From a virus (lineage: Duplodnaviria; Caudoviricetes): DNA of 46,630 nt. Shown here one piece after another: positions 7,543 through 17,931 of the stretch (position 1 is its first letter; each line of letters starts with the position of its first letter). The position numbers and the translations under genes were made by a program. Where the stretch lies: positions 1 through 46,630 of the IMG/VR virus record IMGVR_UViG_3300016659_000028. The stretch is one strand, 5' to 3'. The notes beneath the pieces are model-generated. The model was given only the letters and a program-made list of their open reading frames with translations, was not told the origin of the DNA and searched no databases.

Positions 7543-10500
7543 GTGCCTAACGGTGCATACGAGATTCTGTTCACAACCAATGCACCTAAGGTGCAGAGGG
7601 AGATTAAGGGCCTTCAGCAGCAAGTTAGTAGCGCAATAATTCCTCGTGTCGAGAAGGAAATTAAAAGTCTTCATCGGCAATTTGGTGCTGAAATTGTCCC
7701 GCACGTTGACCTATCTCAACTCAAGGCACTGAACGCTGAGCTTGACCTAAAGCAGCGTCACCTTCGCCAGACCATTGCATATTTTAAGCAGAATCAAATC
7801 AAGGCAAGCATGGAATTGTCCATGCCTGCCCTTACGCCAGCGGCCTTGCAAAAGGCGCTGCCGTCTACTGAAATCAAGAAAGTTGCTCAGCAGCAAGCTA
7901 AGCAGTTACATTCCGCCCTGCAAGCCGAAACAGAAAAAACAGGGCCGATTGAGGTTGAGTTTAAGGTGCTAGATCCGGCTGGAATTACAGCCGCGAAAGC
8001 ACAACTTGCTAATTTAATTCGTGGGGCAAAGACATTCCCCCGGCAGGGAGCAGAGCTAGAGCAACTTACAGGCTTGGCTCGCAGGAAAGGTATTGCCCTG
8101 CCTGGTTTGGAGGGTATTGCTAAGCCTTCAGTAGCAGCCACACGAGAAGCACTGGTCAAGGGGTTAGAGCAAGCCGGAGACCAAGCTATTGCTGGCTTTG
8201 TGAAATCTCTCACTGCTGGGAATAGTACAGCCAAAACCGCCGCAGAACGACTTGGACTGGCAACACTTAAGCAAATCAAAAATACCCTAGGCATTGCCTC
8301 GCCATCAAGGGAGTTTATGAAGATTGGCTTGTATGCCATTCAAGGACTGGTTCAGGGGATCCAGAAAGAAGGGCCAGGGGCAGTTAAAAGCATTCAAGCC
8401 CTAGGCAAGTTGATGGACAGGGCAATGAAAGATGCTATTCGCAAAGTCCAAGTAGAAAATACAATCAAACCACCAGCAGTCAATCGTTCTTTTCTTGAAC
8501 TAGGTGATCGTCTTGCCGCTACTACCATGCGGCCTGGATATTACCGTCGTGCCATTCGCCAGGCTGGTGTTGAAAATCTGCCAGTTGACATCACGGGATT
8601 GGCGAATGAGCGAGCTGGAAAGCCGACAGAAGCAATGGTTAGGCGAATTATCGGCCAAAAAGGCGAACTGGAACGAGCGTTAGATCAAGCACTTAAAGCG
8701 CCAGGTCAAGCGATTGCCAATGGTGGAGCCAAGGCTGGAAAAGACTTCTCCGAAAGGCTTGCCGATGGGATCACAAGTGGTGCTTCCAAGGCTATAGCAG
8801 CAGCGAAAAGGCTATCTGCACAACTTGGGGGCGCAATGGGAGGAGGTGGAAGGAGGCAGGGGCCTAGTAATCCTATTGGTCCACCGAGCCTGCCAAGGGC
8901 AAATCTTCCAAGGCTGTCTGATAGCGTTTTGCGTTCGTATAACCTCCGAGACAAGTTTGGGAATGTTATCGCTGAAATCAAGGGCCTTTACAATCAGGTA
9001 AATGAAATTGATGCGCTGATTAACAAGACGCCCATCAATAGTCGTCGTTTTAGGAGTTTACAAGCAAGTGCTGGTTTTCGGCAAGGCGAAATTGAACGCG
9101 CCCAAAACATTGGGCAAGTGGAACGACTGCGGGCTAGCTCTCGGTTCTTTGAGGAAGGTTCTCTTACGCGCTTAAACAAAGAGCTTCAGGCTTTGCAAAT
9201 TGAGGCATCGCAGATTAAGCCGGATACTAAAGAATGGTCTAGGTATCAAGAGCAGATTTCCCGCCTGACAATTCAGATGGGAAAGTTGGGCGAAAAGGCT
9301 GAAGCAATTAACGCTCGGGTGCGAATGGGGGCTGCAGCGCCTGGCTCTATCAATCAACTAGAGGCTCGCCTGCAGCAGTACCGAAGTGAGATACACAACG
9401 TCAGTGCAACAACAAGCGAGTATCGTAAGCTGAACCGCCAGATTCAGCGAACAGAACAACAAATGGATCGCATCACCCGCAAGCCCCTCACCATGGGCGA
9501 GCGTAGTGGCGCTGCGGCTGGCGCTGTGCTATATGGTGGTGGCTTAGCAGGAAGCCCTCTCAGCGCCATAGGCGGCCTTGCTGGAGGCTTGATGGGCGGC
9601 ATTCCAGGCTCTTTCACTGGTGCCGCTATTGGCCAAACTGGTGATCAGCTTTTGGCTGCTGCCAATGCTTCTGCCACTTATGCCGCTTCATTGTCTCGGC
9701 TCAGGATTGCATTGGCTGGTGTTAGTGGTAGTTTTGAGAACTATCAAGCCAACCTGAAGGCTATCAATAGTATCAGCAATACGTTTGGCATGAGTATTGA
9801 CAAGGTGATTCAGCCCTACACTAAACTCCAAGCCTCTGTATTGGCGGCGGGCTATAGCGCAAAAACCACAAAAGATATTTTTGAAGGCGTTACTGCTGCC
9901 TCCATCGCCACTGGAGGTAGTGCTGATGATCTTGAAGGTTCCATGCGTGCTGTTACTCAGATTTTTGCAAAAGGAACTGTACAAAGCGAAGAACTTGTTG
10001 GGCAGTTGTCTGAGCGAATCCCTGGCGCATTTGCATTGTTTGCTCGATTCAATAACATGAGCACAGCATCACTTAAAGAGGCTCTAGAACGGGGGCAAGT
10101 GGGGCTTGATAATTTCATCAGGTTCAACAAGGGACTCTTGCAGACCTATGGACAGTCGGCACGAGAAATTGCCAAAGGGCCTGAATACGCTGGACAACGA
10201 TTAGATGCTGCCCTGAAAAGGCTTCAAGGCTCTGTTGGTGGAGCACTTGCTCCGATTGGTGCTGCCTTCCAAGAGTGGGCTACAGGCGCTGTAAACGCCT
10301 TTGACCAAGTTATTAAAAAAATGCAGCAATATGGGCTGTTAAGTAATCAACTTTCATCTGGCGGAATTGTCGAACAGGTCCTATCTGGACAACGTTCCCG
10401 AAAAAGTGTGACCGAAGACATAGCATCGCTTAGAAAAGAAATTGCACAGCGGAAAAAGGAGATGCAGTCGTCATTTTTACAAAGCTCGCTCAATGCTTTT

Positions 10501-12876
10501 GATGAATCATGGTTAGCGCAAATGGCGCTAATTCCTTCCAAGAACACAGAAGGCGTAAAAAGCAAAGAACAGCGACTTGCAACGCTAAGTGCTGCTGAGG
10601 CTTCCCTGAAAAAACTAGATGACCAAATTAAAAATGGCGCCAAAGAACAAGCATTAGCAGCGGCTGAGGCTAGCAAAAAAGAGCTTGTTTCCCTTGCGGA
10701 ACGATACGGTGAATTGATGAGCAAAAGAGACGATGACCTAGCCAAGGCGCGAGAAGATTACGAGAACAATCTGCAAGACCTAAGAAAGCGCCATGCGGAC
10801 GAAATGCGGGACTTTGAGGAATCATTGACCGAGCAAAGGCGTAGTGCTGAGCTTAATATTGCACGCATTCGTCGTGATATTGTTGACACTTCAGTGGATG
10901 CGGCAGAAGCGCAGGCCATTTCATCGGCTTTGCTCAATGGCCAAGACATTAGTGCGTTACGAGAGCAGGCTCGTGTCTCCAAGGTGGCCCGCGAAAATCG
11001 TGAAGCAATCACCCGACTGGAGGAGGATAATGCAATTAAGCAAGACAAAAGACAGAAAGATCTGGATAAAATGCGCAATAAAAACGCGCAAGAAATTAAC
11101 AAACTGGCCGAAGACAATGCACTTAAGGTAAAGAAAATTGGAGAGGAGCACGCCAAGAATGTAAGAGACTTGATTGTTGATACCGCTAGGAAGCAAGGGC
11201 AGACAATGCTGTCAGCAATGCGCAGTATAAACTTGCAGCATGAAATGATACTTATTAGTACACAGCGATTGATGGTGGGCTTGCATCCTCGGTATGAAAA
11301 TGTAGACCAACGAATTGTCGCTCCACGAATTGCTGACATTGAGAAAATGCTTGGCATTCCCGCCGAAAAACGATTACCGCCAGAGTCTGAGTCGGGGCAG
11401 GGCGCAAGCAAATATACGGGGAAGGGTGGACCGGACATGCCCGACTGGGTGATGGCGCAAGCAAAGCCGAAGCCCGTTGCGACTCCAGTCGCAAAAGAAT
11501 CGGACAAGCTCTATCCCGCAGATAATAAAACCCATTTTCCTTATGGCCCCAACGGTCCCACTGTGACCAACAAAGCCGGTAAGGTTATTAGTGGCCCAAC
11601 GCCAGAAATGAAGCGGCTTCAAAACACTGAATCCAGACTGGTCACAATTACAAAAGAATCTCAACGGGCCAAAAATTATGCCGATGAACTGAAAAGGGTA
11701 TCGGACTTACTAGACGAATCATTAGGGGAAATGGATAGGAAGATAATTAGCGCCAATCAATCCTTCTCGGCCCAAGAGCAGTTGCTTGTTAATAAGATCA
11801 ATCCAGCGCTTGTTGATGAACTTGGCAATCAAGATGCAGTATTTGAGAGCTTGCGCAAGAAACTAGAAATACAAAAAGAGGGATACAAGGAGTCCAAAAG
11901 GCTCGGGGAAATTTCCTTGGAGCAGTATGAAGCATTGACAAAAGCGGGAGACGAAACGCTGAAAAAAATCAATGAGCAAGAGCCAGCACGCAGGCGCAAT
12001 CTCATTGCATCAATCGAACAAGGGGCTGCATTGAAATACAATCTTGAATTAGCCAAGGAATATGCAATGCTAGGGAAAGCGCCGGGACTTCAGCAAAAAC
12101 TTGCTGAGGTGAGGCTTGCTGGAATTGAAGACCCGCAAAAGGCATTACGGTTTGCCCAAAAGTTGCTTGACGTGGACAAGGCAAAAGCGTTTCAATCACA
12201 ATTAACAAATCTTGGCGATACGATTAGCTCCACGCTTGCTCCTGCCATTGTTAATCTTGCAACGGTTTGGTCTGATTTCAATGAAAGCACAAGAGAAAAA
12301 GGGGAAAAGCTGAAAGACTTTATCAATCGGATGGCCACCTCAATTCTTGCGCAAGCCGCCAATGCCGTCAAAGACGCTTTCAAGCAAATGGCAGCTTCGG
12401 TGATTCAGGGAGGACTAGATAGTCTTAAGAATCAAGGGCTTTCGTTCTTGTTTAATGTACTTGGCCTGAGCAAGAATGGTCCACAGTCTTCGATCGAGAG
12501 TTCGTTTAATGGCTTTTCTACCGACACTGGCATCGACACTTCACAATTTATGCTTGGCAATCAAAGGGTTTTCAAGTTCGCCAATGGCGGGATTGCCACT
12601 GGCCCCACCCTTGGACTCCTTGGCGAGGGGCGCTACAACGAAGCCATTATTCCAATGCCGAATAATCGCGCAGTGCCAGTTGACTTGAAAGGCAATGTCG
12701 GCAGCAACTACTCCACTTCCATTGCTGTCAACATCAGTAATTCCTCTGCTGGTGCCACTGCCGAATCTCAAATCACTGGTGATCAAGGCAATAAGCTCGC
12801 TGGGGTGCTTGATAAGGCCGTCAAGCAAGCTATCCTTAGCGAACAACGGCCTGGGGGACTCCTGTATCGCCAATGA
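7543..12876 (+). CDS. tail tape measure protein
   Basis: 1777 aa, Ala/Gln/Lys-rich and helical; LGIASPS motif; tape-measure domain (AVTQIFAKGTVQSEELVGQLSERIPGA); lambda gpH-like C-terminus (FANGGIATGPTLGLLGEG..EAIIP; EQRPGGLL). Confidence 0.93.
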   Translation: MPNGAYEILFTTNAPKVQREIKGLQQQVSSAIIPRVEKEIKSLHRQFGAEIVPHVDLSQLKALNAELDLKQRHLRQTIAYFKQNQIKASMELSMPALTPAALQKALPSTEIKKVAQQQAKQLHSALQAETEKTGPIEVEFKVLDPAGITAAKAQLANLIRGAKTFPRQGAELEQLTGLARRKGIALPGLEGIAKPSVAATREALVKGLEQAGDQAIAGFVKSLTAGNSTAKTAAERLGLATLKQIKNTLGIASPSREFMKIGLYAIQGLVQGIQKEGPGAVKSIQALGKLMDRAMKDAIRKVQVENTIKPPAVNRSFLELGDRLAATTMRPGYYRRAIRQAGVENLPVDITGLANERAGKPTEAMVRRIIGQKGELERALDQALKAPGQAIANGGAKAGKDFSERLADGITSGASKAIAAAKRLSAQLGGAMGGGGRRQGPSNPIGPPSLPRANLPRLSDSVLRSYNLRDKFGNVIAEIKGLYNQVNEIDALINKTPINSRRFRSLQASAGFRQGEIERAQNIGQVERLRASSRFFEEGSLTRLNKELQALQIEASQIKPDTKEWSRYQEQISRLTIQMGKLGEKAEAINARVRMGAAAPGSINQLEARLQQYRSEIHNVSATTSEYRKLNRQIQRTEQQMDRITRKPLTMGERSGAAAGAVLYGGGLAGSPLSAIGGLAGGLMGGIPGSFTGAAIGQTGDQLLAAANASATYAASLSRLRIALAGVSGSFENYQANLKAINSISNTFGMSIDKVIQPYTKLQASVLAAGYSAKTTKDIFEGVTAASIATGGSADDLEGSMRAVTQIFAKGTVQSEELVGQLSERIPGAFALFARFNNMSTASLKEALERGQVGLDNFIRFNKGLLQTYGQSAREIAKGPEYAGQRLDAALKRLQGSVGGALAPIGAAFQEWATGAVNAFDQVIKKMQQYGLLSNQLSSGGIVEQVLSGQRSRKSVTEDIASLRKEIAQRKKEMQSSFLQSSLNAFDESWLAQMALIPSKNTEGVKSKEQRLATLSAAEASLKKLDDQIKNGAKEQALAAAEASKKELVSLAERYGELMSKRDDDLAKAREDYENNLQDLRKRHADEMRDFEESLTEQRRSAELNIARIRRDIVDTSVDAAEAQAISSALLNGQDISALREQARVSKVARENREAITRLEEDNAIKQDKRQKDLDKMRNKNAQEINKLAEDNALKVKKIGEEHAKNVRDLIVDTARKQGQTMLSAMRSINLQHEMILISTQRLMVGLHPRYENVDQRIVAPRIADIEKMLGIPAEKRLPPESESGQGASKYTGKGGPDMPDWVMAQAKPKPVATPVAKESDKLYPADNKTHFPYGPNGPTVTNKAGKVISGPTPEMKRLQNTESRLVTITKESQRAKNYADELKRVSDLLDESLGEMDRKIISANQSFSAQEQLLVNKINPALVDELGNQDAVFESLRKKLEIQKEGYKESKRLGEISLEQYEALTKAGDETLKKINEQEPARRRNLIASIEQGAALKYNLELAKEYAMLGKAPGLQQKLAEVRLAGIEDPQKALRFAQKLLDVDKAKAFQSQLTNLGDTISSTLAPAIVNLATVWSDFNESTREKGEKLKDFINRMATSILAQAANAVKDAFKQMAASVIQGGLDSLKNQGLSFLFNVLGLSKNGPQSSIESSFNGFSTDTGIDTSQFMLGNQRVFKFANGGIATGPTLGLLGEGRYNEAIIPMPNNRAVPVDLKGNVGSNYSTSIAVNISNSSAGATAESQITGDQGNKLAGVLDKAVKQAILSEQRPGGLLYRQ

Positions 12877-13574
12877 CGCTGGCTCCTAGTGGCATCATCA
12901 ACGAAGCTCGAAGTCTTGTCGAGGACACTCGCCTAGACCTTTTCATCATTGATGGATCTGCCGTGTTTCCCGGCGCAGGCCCCGCTATTCAGTATCTTGT
13001 CAGTCCCGAGCAATCTGGCGGCCAGGCCATTGAATACGTGGACGATGGCGGCACACTTCGCACTTATCTTCCAGTACCAATTTCCGCCACTGGCTTTGAG
13101 CTAACTGGCAGTAACCGCCTCCCCTCTCCATCGCTCACTATCGCCAATGTTGACCGCGCTTTCACCATTCTTTCAGAAAGCTACGACGACTTGCTTGGAT
13201 TTCGTTTTGTGCGTCTTTCTACTTATGCCAAGTTTGTCCGACGCATTGGTGGTGGAACTGTGCAAGGCTCTTATGATGCGAGTGCCCATCATGCGCCAGA
13301 CGAATGGTACATCAATCGCAAGGTGGAAGAAACTAAGCTGACAATCACTTGGGAACTGGCTTCTGTGTTTGACAATGAGGGGCTAACAATTCCACGACGA
13401 CGGATTTATGCCAACTATTGCCCGTTTGTTTATCGCGGTCCAGAGTGTCAATGGGCAGGAGCAGAGCCTACTGGCGAAACCACTTGCAATAAAAGCCTAG
13501 AAGCGTGCGAGCGTAGGTTTGGCAATGCTGGGCTACGATTGCGGTTTGGGGGATTCCCTACGGCACAGGTTTGA
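12873..13574 (+). CDS. lambda gpL-like minor tail protein
   Basis: P+SATGFE, P.P.LT+AN, four C-terminal Cys (CPFVYRGPEC...CNKSLEAC) and the terminal FGGFP motif. Confidence 0.88.
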   Translation: MTLAPSGIINEARSLVEDTRLDLFIIDGSAVFPGAGPAIQYLVSPEQSGGQAIEYVDDGGTLRTYLPVPISATGFELTGSNRLPSPSLTIANVDRAFTILSESYDDLLGFRFVRLSTYAKFVRRIGGGTVQGSYDASAHHAPDEWYINRKVEETKLTITWELASVFDNEGLTIPRRRIYANYCPFVYRGPECQWAGAEPTGETTCNKSLEACERRFGNAGLRLRFGGFPTAQV

Positions 13575-13924
13575 CCATGGAGATTACACCGACCATTCTT
13601 AAAGCCATTGCAGTCCATGGGCAAGAGGCAGCACCAAATGAGGCGTGTGGCGTGTTGGCGCATGAAATGGCCATCCCATGTATTAACACTTCTCCATGGC
13701 CAACCAAGCGCTTTGAGATGGACCCAATGGTGTGGCTTGATTATGACGTGGAGGGTTTTTATCATAGTCATCCAGAGGGAGAGCAAGGCTTTAGTGAGCA
13801 GGACTTGCAAATGGCCAAGTTCCTTGGTATTCCCTCCATCGTCTACATCGTTGCCACTGATACAGTGGAGATACTTAGTGAAGACGGTAGTTTTTCACGA
13901 ATTGCCAACATTAGCCAACAATGA
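13571..13924 (+). CDS. lambda gpK-like JAB/MPN tail assembly protein (no NlpC/P60 domain)
   Basis: PNEACG and YHSHP...FSEQD JAMM motif; only 117 aa. Confidence 0.85.
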   Translation: MTMEITPTILKAIAVHGQEAAPNEACGVLAHEMAIPCINTSPWPTKRFEMDPMVWLDYDVEGFYHSHPEGEQGFSEQDLQMAKFLGIPSIVYIVATDTVEILSEDGSFSRIANISQQ

Positions 13925-16482
13925 AAATTGTCCTCAAAGGCATTGCTGGCGAACGCTTTGGAGCCGAGCACAGTCTGAGCGTTAGTACACCACAGGAAGC
14001 TCTGCAGTCACTATTTATTTTGGTACCTGGCTTTCGCAACTTTCTGACAGTAAGCCATGAGCATGGCATCTACTGGAAGGTTCTGACAAACCATTGGGAA
14101 CAAGGCATTGAATACGGCCAGTTATCAATGCAATGCGCCGAAATGGTGTTGGTGCCAATCATTAGCGGAGCAGCGCCTGGGGGCTTTTTTGGTGGTCCTG
14201 TAGGAAAGATTCTGATTGGGGCAGCCCTAGTCGCTACGTCCTTGTTTCTGGCGGCTCCAGCGGCAGGAACAGTGGCCGCCATGGTCAAGACAGGACTGTT
14301 CACCTTGGGCTCCTCCATGGTCCTTGGAGGCATTGTGCAGGCCATTACGCCTGGCATTCCACAACGTAAGTCCAGTAGTTCTGGAGAGCGCAAGGACACT
14401 GATGCAGTGGTGTTTGATCGTGCTGCTGATACCACGTCTCAAGGCGTGCCAATTCCGGTGCTTTATGGGCGGTATCTAGTGAGGAGTGCGCCTGTATTAT
14501 CGTCTTACGTTTCGGATGACAATAAGGGCTACTGGCTGGGGCTGGTATCAGAAGGGCCAATCAAAGGCTTTGTTGGCATTGGTCCGATTGCAGATAATGT
14601 TTACGTTAATGGCGCGAGGTTTTCTGGCTTTGCTGGCTATAACGCGCAATTTGTTGACGGCAATCAATCTTCCGGTGGTGACTACATCACGTTGGTCAAA
14701 AGTGCTGGTTTTCACATTCCAGTACAGCAGGACTTTGTGGCAGGTAATTATGCACCAACGGTTCGCAGTTTCACTCAAAAGTATGCAGATCGAATCAGGC
14801 TTAGATTTCGCTATGGTCCGGTGTATGCCCAAGTCACGCGAACCACTGGTATTAACACCAATAATGACGTTGTAACCAAGATTTCGTACTTGCCGATCAA
14901 TGGCAGTAGTGACATCACTTGGACACCTATTGGATGGAACGTGAAGCTACTTGCAAATGGCGTGCCATTTAGGGATGATAACTATTACGAGGCTGGACCA
15001 GCTTTAGCCACTAAGATTCGCAACATTTCGTATGATTGCACAGGCCGAGACATGCCAATCTCATTGTCGGTACAACGTATTGACACGCCAATTCCAGTGG
15101 GGCAAGAAACCAGCATCACTACTGGAAAGACAAGTAGCACTCAAGTTAACTTGACCAAAGGAGATTTTCAATGGGTAAGTGCTGATGTGGAATGGGACGA
15201 AAGGCTGCTGTATCCCACTTCTGCGCTGCTGGCATTGGAGTTCAACACAACGGACTTCACCAGTATTCCGCAAATTGGCATCTTAGCCGAAGGGCGTATT
15301 GTCCCCACCATTGACTCCTCTCTTAACGTTTCGTACGAATACAGCAACAATCCAGCTTACGTGCTGCTGGACATGCTCACCAATCCTCGCTTTGGCCTTG
15401 GCGGAAGGTCCTATACGCTTGCCGGCACTGGGACAGTAGTGAATCAGCCGGGCATCAAAATGAACAATGCGAGCCTGGCTGCGTTCAAGAAAGCCGCTGA
15501 CTATTGCGACCGCAATAACGTGCGCTTCAATGCCTATCTGGATAGTGATGCTGATTCCTATGAGGTGGTGCAGAATGTTGCGTCAATGTTCCAATCGCAG
15601 GCTTTCTATGCTGGCAATTCCATCTTCTTAACTGTTGATGATGTGGTTAGCGACGAGGACTTTAAGTTGTTCTCTGAGGCTAATGTCGTACAAGAAGAGA
15701 GCGATGGAGAAATCACAACTCCAGCATTTCGCTACGAAGGCACTGCAAGAGCGGCACGACAAACTGCCGTGCAAGTTAGTTACAATGATGAGCGCGACTT
15801 CTTCACCGAAAAGAAAGTATTGGTGGAAGATCGTGACGCTATTGCCCGCTATGGCTATCGGCTAGCCGAAATCCGAGCTTTTGGAGCCACCACCATTCAG
15901 CAGGCTGAGCGAGCGGGGAGGTATTTTCTGGCCACCAATTTAGCCAATGGTGAAACCGTATCGTTTTCGCTGTCTAGTGAAGGGGCTTTGCTGCTGCCAG
16001 GTGATCCCATCCTGATTGCCGACCCATTGAAACATGGTTCTCGTCTTGGCGGGCGAATTGTTAGCGCTGCCGCCTCTTCGATCGTTATTGATGGGGACTT
16101 ACCAAGTGGACTTACAGACTATAGCCTCTGGACTTATGGCAGCACTGGCGTAGCGCAGCGTTTGCCTATTGCGTCAATCGTTGGCCGTACGATTGCCACC
16201 GCACAGCCCTTTCCATTGCTTCCCACTTCTCAGCAGAATTGGCTCATTGCTCGTGGGCGTTCTGATTCTACGTTTAGGGCCTATAAGGTGCAGTCCGTTA
16301 AGGAAGGTGCCGATAAATCCTATGATGTTGTGGCCATTCGATACGATGAAGCCAAGTACGATTATGTCAATAATGGGCAAGGCAGTCCAGCATCAGCACA
16401 ACGGGCTGCCGTACGTCGCCACGACACGGACAATCTTGCAGTAGCGGCCAGCGACATTGGATTCACGATTAAGGCACAATGA
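13921..16482 (+). CDS. fused lambda gpI-like and gpJ-like tail tip/central fibre protein
   Basis: N-terminal ubiquitin-like gpI region ending in QGVPIPVLYG, followed by gpJ motifs VSEGPIKG, YPTSAL, SNNPAY.L.D.LTNPRFGLG and QAERAG. Confidence 0.88.
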   Translation: MKIVLKGIAGERFGAEHSLSVSTPQEALQSLFILVPGFRNFLTVSHEHGIYWKVLTNHWEQGIEYGQLSMQCAEMVLVPIISGAAPGGFFGGPVGKILIGAALVATSLFLAAPAAGTVAAMVKTGLFTLGSSMVLGGIVQAITPGIPQRKSSSSGERKDTDAVVFDRAADTTSQGVPIPVLYGRYLVRSAPVLSSYVSDDNKGYWLGLVSEGPIKGFVGIGPIADNVYVNGARFSGFAGYNAQFVDGNQSSGGDYITLVKSAGFHIPVQQDFVAGNYAPTVRSFTQKYADRIRLRFRYGPVYAQVTRTTGINTNNDVVTKISYLPINGSSDITWTPIGWNVKLLANGVPFRDDNYYEAGPALATKIRNISYDCTGRDMPISLSVQRIDTPIPVGQETSITTGKTSSTQVNLTKGDFQWVSADVEWDERLLYPTSALLALEFNTTDFTSIPQIGILAEGRIVPTIDSSLNVSYEYSNNPAYVLLDMLTNPRFGLGGRSYTLAGTGTVVNQPGIKMNNASLAAFKKAADYCDRNNVRFNAYLDSDADSYEVVQNVASMFQSQAFYAGNSIFLTVDDVVSDEDFKLFSEANVVQEESDGEITTPAFRYEGTARAARQTAVQVSYNDERDFFTEKKVLVEDRDAIARYGYRLAEIRAFGATTIQQAERAGRYFLATNLANGETVSFSLSSEGALLLPGDPILIADPLKHGSRLGGRIVSAAASSIVIDGDLPSGLTDYSLWTYGSTGVAQRLPIASIVGRTIATAQPFPLLPTSQQNWLIARGRSDSTFRAYKVQSVKEGADKSYDVVAIRYDEAKYDYVNNGQGSPASAQRAAVRRHDTDNLAVAASDIGFTIKAQ

Positions 16483-16829
16483 AAACCGTCACAATCACTT
16501 GGCAGCCTCCATCGTTTCTGCCTTATACGATCCTGTCTAACGTGCTGCCTGGTGCAGTATGGGCCGCAAGCATTGTGGATCCGAGGATTGGCAGTTACAT
16601 TGTTGAGCGTCGCTATCGCCTCACTGACGATTTTGAGCGTGTTGGCGAAGTGACCAGCCCTTCGATTGATGTGACATTAGAAGACGCTTATGAGCTACAA
16701 GTGAGAGTGCAGAGCGTATTGGTGAATGGCGACAAGACTGGCTTTGCGACGACTGGCTTGCGGCCTATCATGGGAATGGAGGCTTTGTTTAAGGAGCCCA
16801 CCAACGTTTTCCTTTTGGCCATCGTCTAA
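16479..16829 (+). CDS. FN3-like tail tip accessory protein
   Basis: VTITWQPP...Y.VE...YELQVR pattern resembles the fibronectin-III part of gpJ; coupled to the genes on both sides. Confidence 0.55.
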   Translation: MKTVTITWQPPSFLPYTILSNVLPGAVWAASIVDPRIGSYIVERRYRLTDDFERVGEVTSPSIDVTLEDAYELQVRVQSVLVNGDKTGFATTGLRPIMGMEALFKEPTNVFLLAIV

Positions 16830-17491
16830 TGACTGTTGTTCTTTCGCTAGGCGTAGAGTATGGCCTGACGGTAAGGAAGGAATATCAAGCGCGTGTTTTT
16901 ACGATTGCGCAATCGTCTGGCACCACTCCAGCGGAAGTATTCAAGGAAGGGCGTCAATACGAAATCAAAACCGTCCCCATTTCTGATGCAGCAGCGGCCA
17001 AGCTAGACGAGAAACTGGCAGGACTGAATGGTGGGCTGTTTGTGTCCCAGTTCTTCATGGATAAGGTGCCACATTATTATCGCCTTGAACCTGACGAATG
17101 GTCGTGGCAAACGATTGGTCCCAATGCCAACATTGTGTCCTTCACAGCAAAACGTTATTTTCCTGAAGCCTACGAAGCGACAGTCCAGGGTAGCGCTACG
17201 CTAAGAATAAGGCGTGCCGGATTTGGTGATGGTTATGAGCAGATCAGTAGCGATGGCATCAATCCAAGGGGGCAGGCTTATGACATCACTACGGTCCCGC
17301 TAACTGACAGCCATGCTCAAGCTCTTGATGCTGCCCTGTCCAGTCTTAATGGCTCTTATTTCTGGAGCCGGATTGGCAGCGACACTCAGCCTTACAAATA
17401 CCGTCTTGATCCTTTCACCTGGAATGCCAGCTATGAAGGTCCCAATCGCACCAGTTTCGCTTTCAAGGTGAAACGAGCTTTTGATCCATAG
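16829..17491 (+). CDS. lambda gpM-like distal tail protein with two tandem domains
   Basis: FGDGYEQ...GIN gpM motif in the second half; clear internal duplication. Confidence 0.75.
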   Translation: MTVVLSLGVEYGLTVRKEYQARVFTIAQSSGTTPAEVFKEGRQYEIKTVPISDAAAAKLDEKLAGLNGGLFVSQFFMDKVPHYYRLEPDEWSWQTIGPNANIVSFTAKRYFPEAYEATVQGSATLRIRRAGFGDGYEQISSDGINPRGQAYDITTVPLTDSHAQALDAALSSLNGSYFWSRIGSDTQPYKYRLDPFTWNASYEGPNRTSFAFKVKRAFDP

Positions 17492-17524
17492 GCTTGTTAC
17501 AATCAGCATTGATAGCGAAAGATT

Positions 17525-17929
17525 ATGCCTCCTCTCTACGGTCGTGATGCAAATGGCAATGATGCCTATATCAATGCGGCCGGGAGTGGCACTGCAGGGT
17601 CGCCGTATTCCACAGTCCATGACACTGTAGCCTTTGGGCTACTGAGCGCTCAAGTTGATGGCGCGGCCAGTGCAGACGTGGTGGCGGCCGTGAGCGGCTA
17701 CAAGGTGAGGGTGTTGGGGCTGGCCCTAACGGCTGATGCGCCATGCTCCCTGCGGTTTCAAACGGGCGCTAGTGGCAATCTGACGCCACGGTTACGGGTG
17801 CCTTCTGGTAATACCGTGACAATGGGCAACGATCTGGGTTTGTTTGATACCACGGCGGGAGACAAGCTGAACGTGGTGCTAAGTGGCACTGCTAATTACG
17901 GCGTTCTTTGCACCTATCGCTTGGTTTGA
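17525..17929 (+). CDS. putative virion structural protein
   Basis: 134 aa, Gly/Ala/Ser-rich beta protein; first gene of the accessory virion block, with its own TACAAT box. Confidence 0.65.
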   Translation: MPPLYGRDANGNDAYINAAGSGTAGSPYSTVHDTVAFGLLSAQVDGAASADVVAAVSGYKVRVLGLALTADAPCSLRFQTGASGNLTPRLRVPSGNTVTMGNDLGLFDTTAGDKLNVVLSGTANYGVLCTYRLV

Positions 17930-17931
17930 TT

